Below, in pieces: positions 55,429 to 64,000 of a stretch of DNA of 64,000 bases. The notes below the pieces were generated by a model. The model did no database searches. It was not told the origin of the DNA and saw only the letters and a list, made by a program, of their open reading frames with translations. The stretch comes from a virus (taxonomy: Duplodnaviria; Caudoviricetes): positions 7,767-71,766 of the IMG/VR virus record IMGVR_UViG_3300021430_000613, one strand, 5' to 3'. The position numbers and the translations under genes are program-made. The first letter of the stretch is position 1. The number at the start of each line of letters is the position of its first letter.

Positions 55429-58400
55429 ATGAGTATATTCACTCGTACAGTTAATGCAACCGATGCTTACAAAGGAGAAGGCCGCGGCCGTATGGCACTT
55501 CTTGATAAAATCTATATTGGATTTGTTAAAGAAGTTGGCGATAGACAGCACATGGGTCGTTTAAAAGTTTGGATACCAGAACTTAGTGATGATCCAACCG
55601 ACCCAACTACCTGGACAGTGGTTAATTATTGTGCGCCGTTTGCTGGTGCTACAAGTTTCTATAACAATAATAACGGTACTTCATGGACCGACAGTCAACG
55701 TAGTTATGGTATGTGGTTTGTACCACCTGATCTTGAGAATGAAGTGGTAGTTGCATTTATCAATGGTGATAGTAGCAGAGGTGTATGGTTAGGTTGTTTA
55801 TATCAACAAAATATGAATCATATGGTACCTGGTATACCAGGACAAAATTCAACTGCAGATTTACCTGTAGCTGAATACAATAAAAAATTAAACAATGTTA
55901 ATATTAATAGACCAGAAAGACCAATTTATTCACCTCTAGCTGAACAACTAATAAAACAGGGATTAAGCAAGGATGTGATAAGAGGTGTTACCGACAGTGG
56001 TGCACGTCGTAACGATCCTGATAATATGGTATATGGTATTCTAACACCTGGCGGCAGTCAGTTTGTATTTGATGATAGTCCGTCTAATTCTTTTATTAGA
56101 TTACGAACTCAAAGCGGTGCACAAGTATTAATTAATGATTCAGTTGGATGTATTTACATAAACTCAGTTGATGGTAAAAATTGGATAAGTCTTGACGCTA
56201 CTGGAAAGATAGATATCTATGCATATGATGATATTAGTATAAGAAGTCAAGGTAGCTTAAATTTACGAGCAGACCTTGATGTAAATATTGAGGCCGGCCG
56301 TGACATCAACATGCGAGCAGTTGGTAGAGAGATAATTGCGTCTCAAGTTCCTAATCCTGGTTCCGCTGAAGTTCCAGAATTACCAGCAAAAGGACAAATT
56401 GTTGTAATAGGCGATAGTATTGCTGTAGGAACTGCTAGTAAAATTCAAAATGCGTTGTCGTCGGCTAGCGTAGGTGATAATAGTACAACAATTTATAAAA
56501 AAATTAGTACACAGCTAGATATTAAAAATATAACAAATACAGTGTTAAGTGTTGGTACTAATGATGATGACCAACTTATTTTAGCATCAAATTTAGATAA
56601 AATTAGAACCTTTTTAGGTGATAGCAATTTTATATGGATAGTTCCGTATGAACCAGAAGCTGCTGCTACAGTTTCAACATTTGCCGCTGCACGGGGTGAT
56701 ACGACAGTTTTACTAAGTCAATATCCTAGTTCTGATAAAATATATCCACGCGATTATAACCTTGTTGCAAATGATGTTCAATCACTGTGTATCGATGATC
56801 CAACTAACAGTAAAACGGTTATTCCTAGTAAAGCTGTTGCTGGTACAGCCACAACTATTGGAAGAGATGGAAAACCAGTTACATATAGAACAGGTGCGTG
56901 GAAAACGCTTGAAGAAGCTAGAGCAGCAGAGCAACGGTATACAAGTATGGCTGATAATGCGCAAGCCAACCCGCAGAATTATATAAAACCTGGCGAACTA
57001 AGCGCAGTTTATGGGTTCGAAGCCGCAGCTAAAGCAGAAGTAAAAAGATTAGAAGGTGGTAATACTACACCGGACCAAGAAACAGTTTCTGCAGTTAAAT
57101 CCTCTCAATCAATTACGCCGTCTACTACCAGTACAACTTCAACTATAACTGGCGAAGGTAACTGGCTGACAATTGCTAGCTCGTTTATTAAGAAAGAAGA
57201 GGCTGGCGCAGGTAAAAAAGCATCATTAAAAGCATATCCTGATCCACCCGGAAAAACTTCTGCATATAGTATAGGATATGGACACTGGATTGGAAATGAA
57301 ATACGAGCTGGTCGAACGTTAATTAATTGTGGTGCCGGTGTGCCACCAGTGAAAATACAAGGTCCATTTGGAAAAGACACTACTTGTACACAAGAACAAG
57401 CCGATGGAATGTTTAACGTCGACATTATTACACTTGGTGCACGTCCGGCTCAATCACAGTTAGGCGGAACTTGGGATTTACTTACACCGTCTCAAAAAGC
57501 AGCAGTAGTTAGTTATACATATAATGTAGGTAATGTTTTTGAACCGCGTGGAAAAGGGTTTAACGATTATGTCTACAGGAAAAACATTGAAGCAGCCGCA
57601 AATGCTATTCGAACCAGCGCCCTTACATGGCAAGGTGGTCCTCCTAATGCGTTAGCGGGTCGTCGCCGCCGAGAAGCTGAATTATTTAAAAGTAACGGTG
57701 CTGAAGCAGCAGCCGGACCAAATACAGACTTACCTGATGGATATCCACAGACTGCTGACGAAGTTAATGCCACTGCTGTTGGAGCACCAACTAGTCAGTC
57801 TGATGGTAATATAGAAGGTGGATATATTAAAATTCAAAGTAAGAATAATATGCACTTCTTATCTGGGCAGCATTTGTTTATGACAAGTACCGGTGATTAT
57901 CATAGACTTGCAGGCAATAATATATATGATAGTTCTATTTCTGATATTAGTATTGTCGCTGGTAAAAGTGTATACACTTCTGTTAGTGCACAATATCATG
58001 TCGGTGCCGGTGCTACTATTAACTTAAATGGTAGTAGAATTGATCTGAACGGTGTTGCACCATCACCAGGAGCTCCGGCTGCACAAGCAGTAGGACCTGC
58101 AAGTCAAAAACAAACTGATGCAGTAATTAATTCAGTTGGTAATGTGACTGCTATATTAACAGACACAATCTTGCCTCATTTACCGTTCCATGAACCATAC
58201 GATAACCACGGCGGTCGGTATTTTGAGAACATACGAGATGCTACTAGCATTAATGAAAATAATGATTTACGTGACGGCGAAATTGTTGTAAACAGTGAAT
58301 TGCCTCTTGATGTCTACGGTAAACCTCGATCTGATATGGGTGTTGGTATATATAACGGAGTTGGTTATAATATTAAAAATGATCCATTATATAGATATGC

Positions 58401-58965
58401 TGGTGTTCTAGATGAGATTGTTTTCTCAAATTCTACAAACTTGCAATTAAGCGCAGAAGGTCGACAATTTATTATTGCAAGAGAAAATGGAAGTTACCGT
58501 ACTATACAAGTTGGAAATCCTCCAAAATCTGAAATAGGATACGGTCATACATTAACACCGGAAGAAATTAGTAGCGACTCGATTATTATTAATGGCGAAA
58601 CTAAAACATTAACCCGACCATTGACACAACAAGAGATAAACGAATTATTTGATCAAGATATAGAAAAAGTTTTAAAATGGATGAGACCTTTGATAAAAGT
58701 TGGTGTTAGTCAGACACAGTTTGATATGCTAACAAGCCTAGCATTTAACATTGGAGAATCAAATTTCACTTCAAGTCCTGCATTAAAAGCAATAAATTCT
58801 AATAATTTCCAAAAGGTACCAAACAATTGGATGAAGCATGTTAAAAATGCTAGTGGTCAAATTCTACCTGGTCTAATTTTTAGACGTAGGGCAGAAATTG
58901 TTCTATTCATGCAAGGACCGTCAAACGATAAACCAACTGGTGAATCTGTTCAAATACCAACCTAG
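55429..58965 (+). CDS. gp5: Baseplate hub/spike protein gp5-like: OB-fold, SGNH-like domain and two GH24 lysozyme domains
   Basis: GRLKVWIP, SYGMWFVPPD....V.V.F..GD...G.W.G; VIGDS..VGTND; FIKKEE..AYPD..IGYGH..RRRREAELF; second IGYGH..QFDML.S.AFN.G..GLIFRRRAE. Confidence 0.88.
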   Translation: MSIFTRTVNATDAYKGEGRGRMALLDKIYIGFVKEVGDRQHMGRLKVWIPELSDDPTDPTTWTVVNYCAPFAGATSFYNNNNGTSWTDSQRSYGMWFVPPDLENEVVVAFINGDSSRGVWLGCLYQQNMNHMVPGIPGQNSTADLPVAEYNKKLNNVNINRPERPIYSPLAEQLIKQGLSKDVIRGVTDSGARRNDPDNMVYGILTPGGSQFVFDDSPSNSFIRLRTQSGAQVLINDSVGCIYINSVDGKNWISLDATGKIDIYAYDDISIRSQGSLNLRADLDVNIEAGRDINMRAVGREIIASQVPNPGSAEVPELPAKGQIVVIGDSIAVGTASKIQNALSSASVGDNSTTIYKKISTQLDIKNITNTVLSVGTNDDDQLILASNLDKIRTFLGDSNFIWIVPYEPEAAATVSTFAAARGDTTVLLSQYPSSDKIYPRDYNLVANDVQSLCIDDPTNSKTVIPSKAVAGTATTIGRDGKPVTYRTGAWKTLEEARAAEQRYTSMADNAQANPQNYIKPGELSAVYGFEAAAKAEVKRLEGGNTTPDQETVSAVKSSQSITPSTTSTTSTITGEGNWLTIASSFIKKEEAGAGKKASLKAYPDPPGKTSAYSIGYGHWIGNEIRAGRTLINCGAGVPPVKIQGPFGKDTTCTQEQADGMFNVDIITLGARPAQSQLGGTWDLLTPSQKAAVVSYTYNVGNVFEPRGKGFNDYVYRKNIEAAANAIRTSALTWQGGPPNALAGRRRREAELFKSNGAEAAAGPNTDLPDGYPQTADEVNATAVGAPTSQSDGNIEGGYIKIQSKNNMHFLSGQHLFMTSTGDYHRLAGNNIYDSSISDISIVAGKSVYTSVSAQYHVGAGATINLNGSRIDLNGVAPSPGAPAAQAVGPASQKQTDAVINSVGNVTAILTDTILPHLPFHEPYDNHGGRYFENIRDATSINENNDLRDGEIVVNSELPLDVYGKPRSDMGVGIYNGVGYNIKNDPLYRYAGVLDEIVFSNSTNLQLSAEGRQFIIARENGSYRTIQVGNPPKSEIGYGHTLTPEEISSDSIIINGETKTLTRPLTQQEINELFDQDIEKVLKWMRPLIKVGVSQTQFDMLTSLAFNIGESNFTSSPALKAINSNNFQKVPNNWMKHVKNASGQILPGLIFRRRAEIVLFMQGPSNDKPTGESVQIPT

Positions 58966-59283
58966 TTATTTTTGGAATTTTCTCACACATACATTGTACT
59001 TGTAACAACGATGGTAATCATCAAGTTCTTGACTTGTGTAATCAGATCCTAATGTATTAAGTAACCGATGTCGTTCCTCTTTAGTAGGTGTATAATGTTC
59101 CATTCTAGGTTGGTTAGCGGGCCAATTATTATTAGGATCTAACCAAACAACCCATGCATAGAATATTAGCATCATACCTACGCTGCTAAAAAACCATAGA
59201 AAGTTATTCCACGAAAAGGTGAAACAACCGACCACAATTGATAGAGTAATTGCGCTTACAATTAATTCACCAGGTGTTGGCAT
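58966..59283 (-). CDS. Hypothetical membrane protein
   Basis: 105 aa with two N-terminal hydrophobic segments; AAGGA SD. Confidence 0.6.
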   Translation of the reverse strand: MPTPGELIVSAITLSIVVGCFTFSWNNFLWFFSSVGMMLIFYAWVVWLDPNNNWPANQPRMEHYTPTKEERHRLLNTLGSDYTSQELDDYHRCYKYNVCVRKFQK

Positions 59284-59295
59284 AATAAAATTTCC

Positions 59296-59433
59296 TTATA
59301 TTATTGTGAATAATTTCCAGATTAGTGCACCAAGAAACATTATAATCCAAAAAGGTACAACTACTCTCCATCCTGCTGTTGCAACTAAGAACATTGGAAT
59401 TATTGTTAAAGCTAAGAAAAAAACTATTAGCAT
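59296..59433 (-). CDS. Small hydrophobic membrane peptide (45 aa)
   Basis: Below the track cutoff; MLIVFFLALTIIPMFLVATAGWRVVVPFWIIMFLGALIWKLFTII with AAGGG SD. Confidence 0.55.
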   Translation of the reverse strand: MLIVFFLALTIIPMFLVATAGWRVVVPFWIIMFLGALIWKLFTII

Positions 59434-59450
59434 TTTAACCCTTTAGTGAT

Positions 59451-59696
59451 TCAGAGTAATTCTGAATTTTCTATGTCGTCTGTGTCAAAAATCAAATTTC
59501 TTATTTCTTCTTCGTATTCTAGCCAAAGGCTAGTGCAACTTGGACATGTTTTATGTTGCCATTCGTCATTATAGTTAAATGGTAATGTTTTTACTGGTTT
59601 TTGACAACAAATACACCATCGTCTATGATCATCAAATATTTGTCCGTGATTAATACCATAATCTTGGTTGTTATCAATCGTTACGCCTACGCTCAT
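59451..59696 (-). CDS. Small Cys-rich (zinc-binding) hypothetical protein
   Basis: WCICCQ...CPSC. Confidence 0.6.
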   Translation of the reverse strand: MSVGVTIDNNQDYGINHGQIFDDHRRWCICCQKPVKTLPFNYNDEWQHKTCPSCTSLWLEYEEEIRNLIFDTDDIENSELL

Positions 59697-59761
59697 TAAA
59701 ATTTCTTTCTAAAAATACAAAATTTTTATGTCTTTTAGAGTATAATAATTTGTATGCTAAC

Positions 59762-59789
59762 AGCATAGCATGTTTTTGCATAAGGTCAA
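59762..59789 (-). promoter_or_regulatory. Sigma70-type early promoter
   Basis: TTGACC-16 nt-TATGCT with extended -10 TG. Confidence 0.6.
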
Positions 59790-59847
59790 CATTTAAATAG
59801 AAAAAACGTACTGTAATTTGATAGTTATTATTTTATTGCGTAAAAAT

Positions 59848-60342
59848 CTAAAAAACGTTCAAATACCAATTTTCTTTTCGTAAATTCTTACTGTCGCAGT
59901 ATTGATATACTAGTCCTTTTTCTCGCCCGTGCGCTTCAATTTCGTACGGTAAGTCCCAATAGTTATATTGATCGTGGTTGATTATTTTACCTTTCCACTT
60001 TTCTCTGCCTGTGTTAGGACAATAATATAATTCTCCTAATGCAAATTGTTTTACATGCACTAGTTCGTGTGCAAGTATTACCATACTACGCATTAATGCA
60101 AAATTTTCAGTCATTGTAATAGTAAATTTGCGAGGAAATTTATTGTAACTGCATTCGTCATAGTCAACATACGCATATAACATGCTTTTTTTGTATAGGT
60201 TAGGATGAGTTGTTTGTATTTTTAAATTTATATGTCGGCTTAGGCGTCCGCCCATTAATTTGTAACTAACCCATTTTGTCAAATCAATTAAACGATTTTT
60301 TTCTGCTTTAGAAAAATGTTTACTTTTAACACAAACTTTCAT
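59848..60342 (-). CDS. Phage HExxH metallopeptidase-like protein
   Basis: ILAHELVHVKQF.LGEL, W.G, Y.DLPYEIEA. Confidence 0.8.
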   Translation of the reverse strand: MKVCVKSKHFSKAEKNRLIDLTKWVSYKLMGGRLSRHINLKIQTTHPNLYKKSMLYAYVDYDECSYNKFPRKFTITMTENFALMRSMVILAHELVHVKQFALGELYYCPNTGREKWKGKIINHDQYNYWDLPYEIEAHGREKGLVYQYCDSKNLRKENWYLNVF

Positions 60343-60390
60343 TGTACAGCCTATATTACAAATGGTTGTATATAGACTTATTTACTTGAT

Positions 60391-60570
60391 TTATTTTAGA
60401 AAATTATGCAGTTTTAACAGATTAAAAACAGCGTTTGCTTGTCCCCTACAAAATTCTCGTTGTGTTTCACTAGTTTTTTTCCATGATACTGTATCGCAGG
60501 TACCATATTGTCTGAAGCTATCAGTATAAATCGTCTGAGCAATTAGCTCAATAATTTGTTCATTGTGCAT
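60391..60570 (-). CDS. Small hypothetical protein (59 aa)
   Basis: Manual translation MHNEQIIELIAQTIY...FCRGQANAVFNLLKLHNFLK; below the track cutoff. Confidence 0.5.
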   Translation of the reverse strand: MHNEQIIELIAQTIYTDSFRQYGTCDTVSWKKTSETQREFCRGQANAVFNLLKLHNFLK

Positions 60571-60699
60571 TTTGTGTTTAATAGTACTATGTTAATATTT
60601 AATATTATTATTATTTGCTACATTTTTGCAATAATAACTATAGATTATTAAAAAAAATCTTTTGTTTTCGTTGGACAAAAAAATTGACTTAAAAAGTCT

Positions 60700-60707
60700 G
60701 ATAAATA
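60700..60707 (+). promoter_or_regulatory. Late promoter GATAAATA for gp25-gp6
   Basis: 8 nt upstream of ATG 60716. Confidence 0.65.
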
Positions 60708-60715
60708 TCTTTAGT

Positions 60716-61102
60716 ATGGCTACATTAACTAGTAAAAATTTATTTGTAGGATTCTCAACAGTATTGGGAGCGAAAACCCAACAATTAGTTGATTTAAAAT
60801 TGGTTGAGCAAGATTTGCTTAATCATTTTTACACAAGAAAAGGCGAACGAGTTATGATGTCAACGTATGGCTGCGGAATTTGGGATTTACTCTTTGAACC
60901 GTTTGATCAATCAACTAAAGATGAAGTAGTGTATGAGGCACAAAAAGTAATAGAATCTGACCCTCGTGTACAATTGAAAAATATCAATGTAGTTGAATTT
61001 GATCATGGACTTAGAATTGAAATGTATCTTTATTATGTCCCTTTACGAGCATTTTCTAATTTTGCAGTGAATTTTGATAGACGCAGTGCAAATCTAGTCT
61101 AA
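60716..61102 (+). CDS. gp25: Baseplate wedge subunit (gp25-like)
   Basis: QDLLNHFYTRKGERVM...YGCGIWDLLFEP, DPRV. Confidence 0.92.
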   Translation: MATLTSKNLFVGFSTVLGAKTQQLVDLKLVEQDLLNHFYTRKGERVMMSTYGCGIWDLLFEPFDQSTKDEVVYEAQKVIESDPRVQLKNINVVEFDHGLRIEMYLYYVPLRAFSNFAVNFDRRSANLV

Positions 61103-61112
61103 GGAATAAGGT

Positions 61113-64000
61113 ATGGCAACAACACAACAAACAAGACAGAGTCAACTTTTTGCTGCTGAAGACTGGAGAGTAATTTATACAGCATTTACTCAGATTAATT
61201 TTAGTGCATATGACTTCACTACGATTCGTTCAGCAATGATAGATTACATAAGGCTTAATTATCCAGAAGATTTTAACGACTGGATAGAGAGCAGCGAATT
61301 TGTGGCTATAATTGAGCTTCTAGCATATCTAGGTCAAAGCTTAGCTTTTCGCATGGACTTAAACACTCGCGAAAATTTCATGGATACTGCTACACGACGT
61401 GAAAGTATATTTAGATTAGCGCGTATGCTAAGTTATCAACCTAGACGTTGTTATCCTGCTAATGGGTTGATTAAGATAACAAGTGTAGTTGCTAACCAGC
61501 CAATATATGATAGTTATGGAAAAAATTTACAAAATTTGCCAATTGTTTGGAACGATCAAAATAATCCAGATTGGTTTGAACAGTTTATATTGGTAATAAA
61601 TGCAACACTTAATTCAACAAATGTATTTGGAAATCCAGTTAAATCCGGTACTGTAAATAATATTTATACTGAGCTGTATTCTTTGAATAATACATCTGTA
61701 CCTACAAGTGTAGTGCCATTTACAGCTACAGTATCTGGTAATACCGTAGAATTCGAATTAGCTAATGTTGATTTTAATCCTGGTGTCACTGATAATATTG
61801 CAGCAAGTGGCAACTTTTATGAAGTTGCTCCAGATCCTTTAAATAGCTGGAATATACTATATCGTAACGATGGAAATGGATATGGTAGTCCTAATACAGG
61901 CTTTTTCTTTTATTTTAAACAAGGAACATTAGGATTTTCTGACTATCAATGCGATGTTGCAGTTGCAAACAGAGTTATAGATGTTGATGCTGATAATGTC
62001 AACGAAACTGATGTGTGGGTACAAACAATTGATACAAATGGTATACCAACAACTAAATGGGATAAGGTGCCAAGTGTTAATGGATTTAACATAATTTATA
62101 ACAGCCTTGAAAAAAATCAACGTGATATTTTCACTGTATTAACACGTGATAATAATAATGCAGATCAAATTAGTATAAGATTTGCTGATGGCAAGTTTGG
62201 AAACATTCCTTCTGGAATAATACGAGTTTGGTACCGTACAAGTAATAATTTAACATATCAAATACGTCCAGCAGATATTGAAAATAAAGTGTTTGCATTT
62301 AACTATGTTGACGGATTAAACAACGTATGGCCCGTAAGTTTTACAACAAACCTTCAATACACTGTTAAAAACGCACAAGGTAACGAATCAAATACAAGAA
62401 TAGCAAGAAATGCACCTCAAGTTTATTACACTCAAGACAGAATGGTAAATGGTGAGGATTATAATCTATTCCCTCTTCAAAACGGACAAGCATTAAAAGT
62501 AAAAGCTGTAAATAGATTTTATAGCGGACAAAGTCGTTATTTAGATGTTGTTGATCCAACTGGCAATTACAGTGATCTTAACGTCTTTGGTACTGACGGT
62601 ATTTTATATAGTGAAAATGATTTAAATCTACGAGAGATTGTTTATAACCAGAGTGTAAGCACAACATCTATTGTAAACACGCAAATACAACCTTTAGTTA
62701 ACGGTAGTTTAAATAGTCAAACTCAGGCTATGGAATTGAAAAATTTCTACTATTATAATTTTCCATCTTTTTCAATGCCTTCTGATTACACATGGAAATC
62801 ATACACTACATTAGCTAAGTCATGCACTGGTGCATTTATGCAAGGAGCTAAAGCTGTTCCAATTGGATCAGCTGCATCATCTAATAATTCATTAAGTTAC
62901 CTTGTACAAGGTGCATTAGTTACTTTTTCTTCATCGAAACAAGCGTCTATTATTGGTGTTATTGAAAACGGAACAGGCAACGACCAAACTGGACAATTGA
63001 GTTCAGGTGCTGGTGCAGTAACACTATCAAATTTAATTAGTACTGGTGATACTCCGGTGTCTGTTATTCCTGCTTTTAAGACAACGTTTACAAATGATGA
63101 AGTCTTGTTAATCGCAACAGCTTTAAATACACATCAATCTTTTGGTATCAGATACGACACTGATTCAATGTCGTGGAGAATTATCAACAGTGCAAATTTA
63201 AGCGTTTCTAATACTTTTAGCCTAGAATATGCTGGAAATAATTCTAATTTGAATAAAGATTCAAGTTGGCTAATAAAAGTTTTATGGATAGGAACTGGAT
63301 GGAGAGTTTATGCTCGGTCTTTACGTTATATTTTTGAAAGTGTAAAACAAAACAGATTTTATGTGAATAACACCTACAAAATATTTGATCCGTCTACTAA
63401 CACTGCAAAATTAGATTATATTAGCGTGTTAGGAATTAATTCTACTCCTGATGTTTCACCTATACAAACAACCGCAACCTCCCTTACAACAGGTGAATAT
63501 ACTTTTACTGTTACTGACAGTACAGGTATAGAGATTAGACAAGTTGTTATAGGAACTGGGCTAGCGGTGAACAGCGTTGTTACTTCGATAAACAATAATG
63601 TTGTTGAAATTAATCAACCTATTGTAAATAACGGTTCAAACGTTCCTTTAACTTTTTATCCAGCACCATCGCTTGGAAATGATAGGTTATGGCAGATTAC
63701 AGGTCAACAAATATATCCTGACGGTTATACAGATCCACGGTCTGTTAGGCTAACTATGTGGGAAGGATTAAATTATGGAATTCCTGATAATCCGAACGAA
63801 TATAATGAAATAGTAGATCCACAAATTATTCCATCAAGAATGTTATTTTGGAAATTAATAACTAGTTCTGAAGGGTATGAATACTGGGATCCATACAATA
63901 TAAGCACAACAAGAATTTATGATAATCCGAGTATGTTACCGCCTGCATCGGATCCAAATTGGATACAAAATGAAGTGATTTATATTATAAGTAATAATAC
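61113..64000 (+). CDS. gp6: Baseplate wedge subunit (gp6-like), partial; runs off window edge
   Basis: Absent from the track. Manual translation MATTQQTRQSQLFAAEDW..AYDF.TIR..MIDY...YPEDFNDWIESSEF...IELLAY..TA.RRES..RLA; the same frame is still open at 63960-64000. Confidence 0.92.
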   Translation, partial: MATTQQTRQSQLFAAEDWRVIYTAFTQINFSAYDFTTIRSAMIDYIRLNYPEDFNDWIESSEFVAIIELLAYLGQSLAFRMDLNTRENFMDTATRRESIFRLARMLSYQPRRCYPANGLIKITSVVANQPIYDSYGKNLQNLPIVWNDQNNPDWFEQFILVINATLNSTNVFGNPVKSGTVNNIYTELYSLNNTSVPTSVVPFTATVSGNTVEFELANVDFNPGVTDNIAASGNFYEVAPDPLNSWNILYRNDGNGYGSPNTGFFFYFKQGTLGFSDYQCDVAVANRVIDVDADNVNETDVWVQTIDTNGIPTTKWDKVPSVNGFNIIYNSLEKNQRDIFTVLTRDNNNADQISIRFADGKFGNIPSGIIRVWYRTSNNLTYQIRPADIENKVFAFNYVDGLNNVWPVSFTTNLQYTVKNAQGNESNTRIARNAPQVYYTQDRMVNGEDYNLFPLQNGQALKVKAVNRFYSGQSRYLDVVDPTGNYSDLNVFGTDGILYSENDLNLREIVYNQSVSTTSIVNTQIQPLVNGSLNSQTQAMELKNFYYYNFPSFSMPSDYTWKSYTTLAKSCTGAFMQGAKAVPIGSAASSNNSLSYLVQGALVTFSSSKQASIIGVIENGTGNDQTGQLSSGAGAVTLSNLISTGDTPVSVIPAFKTTFTNDEVLLIATALNTHQSFGIRYDTDSMSWRIINSANLSVSNTFSLEYAGNNSNLNKDSSWLIKVLWIGTGWRVYARSLRYIFESVKQNRFYVNNTYKIFDPSTNTAKLDYISVLGINSTPDVSPIQTTATSLTTGEYTFTVTDSTGIEIRQVVIGTGLAVNSVVTSINNNVVEINQPIVNNGSNVPLTFYPAPSLGNDRLWQITGQQIYPDGYTDPRSVRLTMWEGLNYGIPDNPNEYNEIVDPQIIPSRMLFWKLITSSEGYEYWDPYNISTTRIYDNPSMLPPASDPNWIQNEVIYIISNN

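Noticed and set aside
59296-59433. Holin
   Set aside because: Hydrophobic but far from the GH19 lysin, in an early-type cassette, and without a charged C-terminal tail; insufficient support
1-64000. Alternative genetic code (stop-codon recoding as in some jumbo phages)
   Set aside because: Core genes are full length in the standard code, and TGA serves as a real stop in ATGA overlaps

Overview
AT-rich segment of a large T4-like (myovirus) jumbo-phage genome, read in the standard genetic code. Gene content and order resemble RaK2/GAP32/Atu_ph07-type jumbo phages (inference, no search run). Virion morphogenesis genes: intein-containing large terminase (runs off the left edge), gp4 head-completion nuclease, tail tube, a 1375-aa tail sheath, neck gp13/gp14, gp15, major capsid, scaffold, prohead protease, portal, tape measure, and baseplate gp26/gp48/gp53/gp27/gp5/gp25/gp6 (runs off the right edge). 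Also present are the gp46/gp47 recombination nuclease, the gp55 late sigma factor with matching NATAAATA late promoters, dNMP kinase, a GH19 endolysin and three free-standing homing-type endonucleases. A ~14 kb nucleotide-sugar/glycosyltransferase island sits inside the structural module. Best leads: (1) a 265-aa ORF resembling a RuvC-less TnpB/Cas12f (WED+REC only) next to a ~400-nt structured non-coding region; (2) a clear -1 frameshift signal fusing the gp26-like gene to the next ORF; (3) a pathway for 3,6-dideoxy and branched-chain sugars with fungal-type mannosyltransferases; (4) an HNH gene flanked by a duplicated, recoded PTH2 N-terminus; (5) a gp5 spike carrying an SGNH domain plus two lysozyme domains. 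No tRNA, rRNA or CRISPR array was recognised. All family assignments come from motif recognition by eye.
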